IMG/VR virus record: IMGVR_UViG_3300008954_000005
Coordinates: 91,723-155,722 of that record
DNA: 64,000 nt
DNA from: a virus
Direction: 5' to 3' (one strand)
In this document: positions 8,977 to 15,838 of the stretch, one piece after another
How positions within the stretch are numbered: position 1 is the stretch's first letter
Layout: each line of letters starts with the position of its first letter
Notes under the pieces: generated by a model
Seen by the model: the letters and a program-made list of their open reading frames with translations, nothing else
Databases searched by the model: none
Told to the model about the DNA's origin: nothing
Made by a program: the position numbers and the translations under genes

Positions 8977-10058
8977 TGGCCAAAAAAGATCTAAGCCACC
9001 TCATTAAATCGGTACAAAAGCGTCTCGGTGGAGCCGCGACAGTTACCCCCATTACAGAGGTAGAGACCCCGTTTGATACGAGGCTCCCTACCGGAATATT
9101 ATCGCTTGATATCGCGTTAAAAGGCGGGTTGCCCGGTGGCTCAATGATCCAACTTTTCGGGCCAGACGGCGTAGGTAAAGACTACCTTTCGAACCGAGTG
9201 ATTGCTGAGGTACAGCGGACACACGGAGACGCAGCTAACATTGCCTGGATGAGCTTCGGATACAAACCGGACCCAGGGTTCATGGAACTGGCTGGTATTG
9301 ATCTAGATTGCGGAAACCTACTCTTTGTCGATCTCGCTACCACCGACTCCGATGCACCAGCAGAGACAATGCTGGACGCCATGCTAGAGATGGTTAAATC
9401 CCAGGAGTTCCACTTGTTGATCATCAACGAACTCGGCTCCGGAGAAACGCGACACAATCTAGTTAAAGGCCTGGGCGAAGACGCAAAAATCGCTACGTGG
9501 GCTTCTTTACTTAGTTCCTTCTGTCAGAAGTTCTACTCTGCCATGCGCGTTCCTGGCGAGGACGGCAAGCCCAACCAGACTTGTGTAGTCATGATTAACC
9601 CGGTTCGGGCAAACATGAACGCGCACAGCGCGAAGTACGTTCCTTACACCCAGCCTGGGGGATACGCCCTCAAGCACGCAAAAGCTGTAGATATTCACTT
9701 GAAGCCGGGTCAGACCCTAAAGAAGGGAACGACAAAAATCGGAAAAGAGATCAAGTGGAAAATCTCAAAAGGCAAGCACGGGATTAGCGAGGGTGCTGAG
9801 GGGAGCTATAGCTTCATCTTCAACCAAGGCGTAGATTTAGTTCAAGACCTAGCGCGTGCAGCAAAGGCACACGGTGTGGTTAGGAATAGCGGTCCTGTTT
9901 ACTATATCCTCGATTACGAGGATAAAATCAAAGGTGGCCTGGATGGGGTAGTCTCAATGTTGAGATCGTCCCCAGAACTAGCCGCTGAAGTCCGAGCCGC
10001 AGTGCTGGGTAAAACACCCAATGAAGAGGAGCCTTCTGATGATGAAGTACTTACCTGA
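8976..10058 (+). CDS. recA: RecA/UvsX-like recombinase with non-canonical ATPase motifs
   Basis: PTGILSLDIALKGGLPGG, P-loop GPDGVGKD, PGGYALKH and KISKGKHG are colinear with RecA; 360 aa. Confidence 0.88.
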   Translation: MAKKDLSHLIKSVQKRLGGAATVTPITEVETPFDTRLPTGILSLDIALKGGLPGGSMIQLFGPDGVGKDYLSNRVIAEVQRTHGDAANIAWMSFGYKPDPGFMELAGIDLDCGNLLFVDLATTDSDAPAETMLDAMLEMVKSQEFHLLIINELGSGETRHNLVKGLGEDAKIATWASLLSSFCQKFYSAMRVPGEDGKPNQTCVVMINPVRANMNAHSAKYVPYTQPGGYALKHAKAVDIHLKPGQTLKKGTTKIGKEIKWKISKGKHGISEGAEGSYSFIFNQGVDLVQDLARAAKAHGVVRNSGPVYYILDYEDKIKGGLDGVVSMLRSSPELAAEVRAAVLGKTPNEEEPSDDEVLT

Positions 10059-10317
10059 ACCAGCTATTTTCATAGTGTTAATCTCATTCCTCGTCGTCTC
10101 TACCGGTTGGTACCTGTTCTGGATCCAACCAAACGATGCGAAGTTAGCGAAAATACACGCCTGTATGGGCGAAAAATACGCCGACCTACAACAAGCCGAT
10201 GGCGATCTCTGGCGAGTTTACGCTCGCTCTGGAACACTCTCGGCTAGTGCGGCAGGTAATGAGCTAGACCACGCTATTTACACCTCGTGTGTGAGACAGC
10301 TAAATACCGGTAACTAG
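10039..10317 (+). CDS. Small single-pass membrane protein
   Basis: N-terminal hydrophobic AIFIVLISFLVVSTGWYLFWI; two Cys in the soluble part. Confidence 0.6.
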   Translation: MMKYLPEPAIFIVLISFLVVSTGWYLFWIQPNDAKLAKIHACMGEKYADLQQADGDLWRVYARSGTLSASAAGNELDHAIYTSCVRQLNTGN

Positions 10318-10318
10318 C

Positions 10319-11086
10319 ATGGCAAGACTCTGTATTCGGATAGGGCCAAAAGCACAACCGCACTATGTAGATGGGTTCCCCTTCCTTCCTGGGCTGTACT
10401 TTCACAAGCCGCCCAAGAAGGCAAAGGGGGGCACAGAGTATTCCATCACGCATATAAAGAGCGGTCTTGCGGTCCTCCCGAATATAGATGAGCGTCACCT
10501 AGAGCTATGCCGAATGATTCTAGGGCGCGTAGACTGGGACAAGGGCGCGGAACAGATTTACAACGACACAACATATGACATCGTAATAAAGGAGGCATTA
10601 GCTGTGACCACAAACCGCGATGCTAGTAAAAAACAAGAGAAGCGCATCGCGAAAGAACTTGAAGGAAAAACTCAAGCAGGCTCCGGGTCAGTTTGGGGGT
10701 TCAGACGGGATGTGGTGACACCAGAGCTTCTGGTGGAAGCGAAGACAACAACAACGGGGAAATACGCCCTAAGCTTAAAAGACCTAAAGCACTTGAAATT
10801 TCAAGCATATTCAGAAGGTAAAATACCTGCGTACATAATAGAGTTTGCGAGGAAAGGTGAGGTAGCCATAGTCCCATTTCAGGATCTAGGAGAAGATTTC
10901 CTAGAAGAGCTTTCTTCTACTAGGGATATCCCAAGCAAAAAGAAATCTTCAAAGATATTAACTATTTCTCTAGAGATGGCCGCAGACGTTTTCAATGACG
11001 TAGGCGTGCGATTTACCGTTGAGTCGGATGAGTATCTACTGATGAGCTACGAGAATTTCCTCACCTTTGCGAAAAGAGGTATATGA
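10319..11086 (+). CDS. PD-(D/E)XK nuclease, putative Holliday-junction-resolvase-like, with extra N- and C-terminal regions
   Basis: SKKQEKRIAKEL-G-TQAGSGS...RDV...LVEAKTT. Confidence 0.7.
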   Translation: MARLCIRIGPKAQPHYVDGFPFLPGLYFHKPPKKAKGGTEYSITHIKSGLAVLPNIDERHLELCRMILGRVDWDKGAEQIYNDTTYDIVIKEALAVTTNRDASKKQEKRIAKELEGKTQAGSGSVWGFRRDVVTPELLVEAKTTTTGKYALSLKDLKHLKFQAYSEGKIPAYIIEFARKGEVAIVPFQDLGEDFLEELSSTRDIPSKKKSSKILTISLEMAADVFNDVGVRFTVESDEYLLMSYENFLTFAKRGI

Positions 11087-11087
11087 A

Positions 11088-11801
11088 ATGGCAAAGAAAA
11101 AAGGATTTAGGATTCCAGCACGCTGCCTAAACGAAAAGAAGATAAAAGAGGACGGAGAGTTCTCAGTATTAAAAGAAATAGAGCGTATTGACTTCGAATC
11201 AAACCTAGAGCCTTGGTCTAGAAGAACCGGTGGGTATCACCCATCCTCTCTTACGCCAACGGCCTGTAAACGTGCTCTTTGGTACGACCGGACAGGGCAA
11301 GAGCCCGAAAGCCGAATCCCATCAGATCTCCGTATGCTGTTTGACATGGGGCACGCGCTTCACGACATGATCCAAGAGAAGCTTGAGAAGGAGTTCGACG
11401 GATTCAACGCCGAGATCCCAATCAGTAACGAAGACCTCCACATCGTGGGCCACTGCGACGGAATATTCCGTGATAGGGACTGGCTACTTGAGATCAAAAC
11501 AGTGGGCGAGAGTGTGTTTAAATCACTTGTTCGGCCCAAGAAAGAGCATATCTACCAAGTACACTGTTACATGTTCTGCGAGGACGTCCCAAGGACTCAG
11601 CTACTTTACGTGGCTAGGGCGACGGGACAGATGCGACTCTTCAAGATTGAGTTCGACAACGACATCTTCCAGGAAATTGTGAGCATAATAAAGACAGTTG
11701 AAGAATTTGTAGAGGCTGGAGAAGCCCCTCCAAAGGAACCAAACAAATGGGTATGTAGAACATGTAAGTTTCAGCATGTCTGCCAGCCCTTCAGCGAGTA
11801 G
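11088..11801 (+). CDS. Cas4-like/RecB-family exonuclease (stand-alone)
   Basis: HPSSL..ACKR, GHALH, GHCDG, LEIKT, QVHCYM; C-terminal CRTC.....C completes a 1+3 Cys Fe-S ligand pattern. Confidence 0.88.
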   Translation: MAKKKGFRIPARCLNEKKIKEDGEFSVLKEIERIDFESNLEPWSRRTGGYHPSSLTPTACKRALWYDRTGQEPESRIPSDLRMLFDMGHALHDMIQEKLEKEFDGFNAEIPISNEDLHIVGHCDGIFRDRDWLLEIKTVGESVFKSLVRPKKEHIYQVHCYMFCEDVPRTQLLYVARATGQMRLFKIEFDNDIFQEIVSIIKTVEEFVEAGEAPPKEPNKWVCRTCKFQHVCQPFSE

Positions 11802-11810
11802 GAGGTGCCT

Positions 11811-12356
11811 ATGGCTGAGAAGGATTTATTCCTTGAATTACGTGAAACACTAGAAAAAGATCTGCGTGCCACGGGTTTTGCTCCTGATCGGGAGCCACCC
11901 AGTGAAGAACCTAGACTACCTGCTGGGTTGAAGGACTTACCGAACGAAGACCTCAAAGAACTCTACGATGATTTCTTGGCGTTCTTTGAGTATCTTTCTG
12001 ATCAAGTTGCTAAAGCCAGTAGCTACATGTCCGTCAGTAAAGCGAGACTTGAGGCGGTAACCGCGACGGCAACTCTTGCATCTGCCAAAGATAAAAAGTT
12101 AACCAACGCAGACCTCCGAAAGGCGTACGTCGTAACTGCCTGTTTAGGGGCAAAGCGGGACTACGTTTACTTCAAGGCAAAGGTAGATGTCCACGATGCT
12201 AGGCTAAGAAAGATAAGCAAAAGCATGGACAGAATCGGAAGAGAGCTATGGTTTAGAACACAAGATGAGCCCGAGCGTAACTCTGAGTTTTCCTTGAGTA
12301 AATCAAAGCCAGCAAAGAAATTTGCCGGGGGTTATAAGCCGGTGTCTCGTGAATAA
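11811..12356 (+). CDS. Hypothetical helical/coiled-coil protein; possible recombination mediator by context only
   Basis: AGGAGG 5 nt before ATG 11811; helical composition; lies between two nucleases. Confidence 0.6.
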   Translation: MAEKDLFLELRETLEKDLRATGFAPDREPPSEEPRLPAGLKDLPNEDLKELYDDFLAFFEYLSDQVAKASSYMSVSKARLEAVTATATLASAKDKKLTNADLRKAYVVTACLGAKRDYVYFKAKVDVHDARLRKISKSMDRIGRELWFRTQDEPERNSEFSLSKSKPAKKFAGGYKPVSRE

Positions 12357-12783
12357 AAATAAGACGGTGTTCACTGCAGAGTTGACGTTGCTACCACCGT
12401 CAGTTAACAATATGTATATCTATACTGCTCGTGGGCCTAGGCCGTCTAGCAAGATGAAACAGTTTAAAGCGAAAGCGTCTATGGAGATAGCCCAACAACT
12501 GTCCTTTGACGGGAGCCCTCTAAACGGAGACAAGCCCCATCGACTAAGTATTTACTACTACCTACCAGCCTTGTTCAACAAGGGGTGGCCAACAAAGGCC
12601 AAGACCCGATTCAAGCGGCGGGACGTATCAAACTTAGTAAAGGTGTTAGAGGACGTACTGGCCGACTGTTTAGGTATCGACGATTCTTGTTTCACGGAGG
12701 AGTTTATTCAGAAATTAGACGGACCCGCCCATGACTTCGTGGGCATCAAAATAAAAATAGAAGAGCTTAGCGATGAATCCTAA
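12349..12783 (+). CDS. rusA: RusA-family Holliday junction resolvase
   Basis: LPPSVNNMY; RRDVSNLVKVLEDVL...GIDDS catalytic pattern; GTG start overlapping the upstream gene. Confidence 0.85.
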   Translation: MNKNKTVFTAELTLLPPSVNNMYIYTARGPRPSSKMKQFKAKASMEIAQQLSFDGSPLNGDKPHRLSIYYYLPALFNKGWPTKAKTRFKRRDVSNLVKVLEDVLADCLGIDDSCFTEEFIQKLDGPAHDFVGIKIKIEELSDES

Positions 12784-13057
12784 AACAGGTAAGGAGGAAC
12801 TAAGGCACATAGTCCTAGAACAAACAGGAGTCCGTGTGTCTCCATCAACAAAGCTAGAAGACCTACACAGTTTTCTGCAATTCAACCTAGAGGAAATACC
12901 AGAAACGCCTATCAATCAAATGAGAAATAGTCTTATAGCTTTTATTGAAAACAACCGTAGCAGGCTTTCCCTCCCATGTAATGGTAACTGCTACGAGCAT
13001 CATGATGGGGTTGTATTATTCTGCTATAAACAACTCCTGGAGGAAGAAAATGGGTAA
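12773..13057 (+). CDS. Hypothetical protein with Cys/His cluster
   Basis: CNGNCYEHH...C; coupled to neighbours. Confidence 0.6.
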   Translation: MNPKTGKEELRHIVLEQTGVRVSPSTKLEDLHSFLQFNLEEIPETPINQMRNSLIAFIENNRSRLSLPCNGNCYEHHDGVVLFCYKQLLEEENG

Positions 13058-13841
13058 AGTAACAAAGAAAATGTTGACCCCGCTCGACCGAGCGGAAATT
13101 AGAAAAATCGTAATCGTGGGAATGGGGATGGAACCCCTTGAAGCGTACACCAAGAAAGAGGGCGAAACGATCTCTTGGATTCAAGAGCGTGCTGAAGACT
13201 TTGCGTCTCTGGACCTAGAGACCATTGGCGCGGAACAGTTCCGACCAAATGTCGTAGCGTACCTACAGCAGTTGCAGCAATTCATTCTTGGTAACTCCAA
13301 GGCTCCCACCTTCCCTACTGGCGGGGCCACGGAAGAGGCAGTGGAAGCTGAAGAAGGCACTGCTGTCACTGTTGAACCTCCTAAGAAGAGGAAGCGTGGA
13401 CGTCCCCGCAAAAACCCGGTAGTAGAAACTGCTGCTACTGAAGAAACTGTCGAAGCTGCCCCTGCTAAGCGAAAGCGCGGTAGGCCACGCAAGACCACTA
13501 CAGACGCCAAAGCTGCTACTAAGACGGCTACCAAGAAGCAGGAAACCACCGCCAAGAAAAAGAAGGGCGGCTTCCGAGTAAAGAAGACTGCTGCTGAAGC
13601 TGTTGAGGTGGTGAAGGAAGAAATTCCAACCACTACGCCTGAGGTCACCCTTAGTGTGGGTACCGACCTTAATTCCTTCCTGACGGGGATTGATAGCCTC
13701 CGTGGGGAGGTTCAGGCGATGCGTGCTGAGCAAGCGGCGATGTACGCTGATTTGCATGACGCTTTGGTATACATCCTTAATACGGCGATCATTGAAGACG
13801 ATGATGACCTTATTAAGGACTTGTCACAACTAAAGAAGTAG
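13050..13841 (+). CDS. AT-hook DNA-binding protein (HMGA/histone-like)
   Basis: Two KRKRGRPRK AT-hooks, acidic E/T/A spacers, Lys/Thr/Ala-rich tract, C-terminal coiled coil; GGAGG before ATG 13050. Confidence 0.8.
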   Translation: MGKVTKKMLTPLDRAEIRKIVIVGMGMEPLEAYTKKEGETISWIQERAEDFASLDLETIGAEQFRPNVVAYLQQLQQFILGNSKAPTFPTGGATEEAVEAEEGTAVTVEPPKKRKRGRPRKNPVVETAATEETVEAAPAKRKRGRPRKTTTDAKAATKTATKKQETTAKKKKGGFRVKKTAAEAVEVVKEEIPTTTPEVTLSVGTDLNSFLTGIDSLRGEVQAMRAEQAAMYADLHDALVYILNTAIIEDDDDLIKDLSQLKK

Positions 13842-13872
13842 TTCTAGGCCCTACCTGATCAGGGCTTAGGTT

Positions 13873-13913
13873 GAAGGGGGGATCACCATCACGGTGGTCC
13901 CCCCTTCTTTTTT
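13873..13913 (+). terminator. Intrinsic terminator ending the replication arm
   Basis: GAAGGGGGGATCACC-ATCAC-GGTGGTCCCCCCTTC followed by T6; a smaller hairpin (13844-13869) precedes it. Confidence 0.9.
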
Positions 13914-14907
13914 AGCTACTACCAGTATCGGCACCCGCGTCCAGTCCAGTATCCGGCTCATCAATCACATACCCAATCTCAACCAAAGAATTACTCGGGG
14001 GTATCACCGTAAACAAAACTTTGTTCTCTACCGCGTCATACGTCCAGTCTGAGTTCAATGCGCTATCGATAAATACACGAACAGTGTCCACTATTGGGGT
14101 ATGCGAAAGAGGCCATTCGCTGTGAGGCTCTACTTGTACGCCAGCATCAACAGACCCCTGTGACCAATCCTCTGAGCAAATATCCAAAACAACGCCAACG
14201 AAATGGTTCGTCACGTCAATATACTTGTCACCCGCATGCATCGCAGAGCTATTGCACATAGACTCGGCGGGGTCGAGGTTCACGATGCTGGCGGCAAACG
14301 GAGAGATAGACGTCGTTTGATACCAATAGATGAAGTCTTGGGCCGTCGCCATAGTTACGCTCTGGTCATCTTCGTCAGACACAAACACAACTAGAAGCGC
14401 CGCATCATCTCGCATCCATGTGAGCGAGTATGGATTTGACATTACATAGTGGTACACAGCGTCAAGCCCAGCCTCAAGGTGCCCACTAGCCATATTATTC
14501 AGCATGTCTGTCGCATCCTGAACAGTGTCTCCAGGCACCAGAGGGAACTGGTTCTCAATAGAGGCAGCAGTCGGGTCCGCTGGAATTATTGCAAGACGCC
14601 ATCCAGACGGTGGTAAGGCGTTCATCATGGCCCCTATACCCGCGAGTAGATTGGGCTCATCATTCTGCATGGATCCAGACTGGTCAACCACCCACAGGAT
14701 GTCTACGCCGTCAACCGACCCAGGCTGGGTAAAGGAATCTACCCATACATTCCCCCCTGGAACCTCCTCTTCAATATAGACGGGCACCTCCACGGGCACC
14801 TCGACTATATTTTCGTAGGTTAAGTAGTGGTCAGATCCACATCCGATCTGACTCGGTATTAATAGGCCGGTCGCTGTAAGCAATGTAGTAATAACCTGTC
14901 TTCCCAT
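13912..14907 (-). CDS. vWA-domain lipoprotein
   Basis: Signal peptide ending QIG-C23; MIDAS DxSxS in VDILWVVDQSGSM; LLVVFVSDEDDQS; Cys pair; C-terminal beta domain and DTG-rich tail. Confidence 0.85.
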   Translation of the reverse strand: MGRQVITTLLTATGLLIPSQIGCGSDHYLTYENIVEVPVEVPVYIEEEVPGGNVWVDSFTQPGSVDGVDILWVVDQSGSMQNDEPNLLAGIGAMMNALPPSGWRLAIIPADPTAASIENQFPLVPGDTVQDATDMLNNMASGHLEAGLDAVYHYVMSNPYSLTWMRDDAALLVVFVSDEDDQSVTMATAQDFIYWYQTTSISPFAASIVNLDPAESMCNSSAMHAGDKYIDVTNHFVGVVLDICSEDWSQGSVDAGVQVEPHSEWPLSHTPIVDTVRVFIDSALNSDWTYDAVENKVLFTVIPPSNSLVEIGYVIDEPDTGLDAGADTGSS

Positions 14908-15125
14908 ATTTAGATTATATGGAACGCGCTAATACTTGAAGAAGACCATTCCGATAATAATTTTTATTATTTAATAATTACAGCGTAATAAAATACCCAT
15001 TATCACTACGTAATAAATGCCCAAAAAGTGCAAAAATAGGGGTGTTTTTAGGGATAAGAATAGTGAAGGGAAGCAATAGGTGTTTCTCTCGTAAAACCCT
15101 TTTTGTCCTTTAGGAGGAATGTCTC
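14908..15125. promoter_or_regulatory. AT-rich divergent promoter region
   Basis: Markedly AT-rich intergenic stretch; TATAAT on - strand at 14919-14914; TTGAAG-N16-TAATTT on + strand at 14936-14963; inverted repeat ATAATAA-TTT-TTATTAT at 14954-14970; AGGAGG at 15112-15117. Confidence 0.65.
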
Positions 15126-15305
15126 GTGGGTAATACTTTTCGAATCATTGGTCAGGTGTTTTTGACCGTCGTCGCAGTCGACGTAGCTATCAAGGCCTAT
15201 CGCGGTCTGGCTAGCGTCGGTACCGATGCTGCCAACATCATCGAGGCGAAGTATCGCAATCGTGCGAACCGTGCTCTCGAAGCTGTTGGTGCGGACCCCC
15301 GGTAG
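15126..15305 (+). CDS. Unlisted 59-aa small protein with hydrophobic N-terminal half
   Basis: AGGAGG 8 nt before GTG; translates MGNTFRIIGQVFLTVVAVDVAIKAYRGLASVGTDAANIIEAKYRNRANRALEAVGADPR; just below the track's 60-aa cut-off. Confidence 0.75.
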   Translation: MGNTFRIIGQVFLTVVAVDVAIKAYRGLASVGTDAANIIEAKYRNRANRALEAVGADPR

Positions 15306-15363
15306 TCGTTGAATTCTCAACGGCTTTTCTTTCAACGCAACTCAACCCATTAAGGAGGGAAAT

Positions 15364-15774
15364 ATGTTGCAAGCAATCAGGCCTGCTGGTCAGGCCATCA
15401 TTCAGAACCGAACTGTTCAACAGTTCGTCCTTGCCGTAGGATGCGGCGTCACCACGCTCTACACGATCCGTGCACTAGATAATCTAGGCGCACGTCGTCG
15501 TCGGTGGGCGAGCAATCGTCAGGCCCTGAAGGCCCAACGACAGGCTGCGAAGCTGGCAAAGGCTGAAGAAGCGAAGGCTGTTGAAGCCTCCACTGCTACT
15601 CCCGAGCCGGTGACGGAGGCTGTTGTTTCCGACGCTGTTCAGACCGTCATGGAGGGTGCAAGCTTTAACGAGCTTCGCGCTGCTGCCAAGTCGCACGGTC
15701 TGGATGTTGGTCCTCACCCGACCAAGGAAGCGTTGGCTCGCGCCATCGTGGAGTTCCAAACCGCCTCAGCATAA
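15364..15774 (+). CDS. Putative membrane-anchored protein with C-terminal HeH (Rho-N/SAP/LEM-like) motif
   Basis: TAAGGAGG RBS; hydrophobic FVLAVGCGVTTLYTI then RRRR; C-terminal SFNELRAAAKSHGL...TKEALARAI. Confidence 0.7.
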   Translation: MLQAIRPAGQAIIQNRTVQQFVLAVGCGVTTLYTIRALDNLGARRRRWASNRQALKAQRQAAKLAKAEEAKAVEASTATPEPVTEAVVSDAVQTVMEGASFNELRAAAKSHGLDVGPHPTKEALARAIVEFQTASA

Positions 15775-15798
15775 TCTTATTCTGAGGAAGACAGTCAG

Positions 15799-15833
15799 AA
15801 AGAGGAGGGGGGTAACACCCCCTTCTCTTTTTT
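15799..15833 (+). terminator. Intrinsic terminator at the convergence with the structural arm (possibly bidirectional)
   Basis: AAAGAGGAGGGGGGT-AAC-ACCCCCTTCTCTTT with T6 tract. Confidence 0.88.
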
Positions 15834-15838
15834 AGCTA

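Noticed and set aside
11088-11801. Cas4-like gene as evidence of a CRISPR-Cas locus
   Set aside because: No cas1/cas2 or other cas genes and no repeat-spacer array seen; stand-alone Cas4-like nucleases are common in phage replication modules
234-13757. Minus-strand and alternate-frame ORFs within the replication arm
   Set aside because: Overlap well-supported + strand genes; no independent evidence
14780-14802. Direct repeat ACGGGCACCTC x2
   Set aside because: Encodes the VEVPVEVP linker of the lipoprotein; not an array
15119-15133. ATG-TCT-CGT-GGG-TAA micro-ORF (MSRG)
   Set aside because: ATG is only 1 nt from the AGGAGG; the GTG at 15126 has proper spacing and opens a 59-aa ORF
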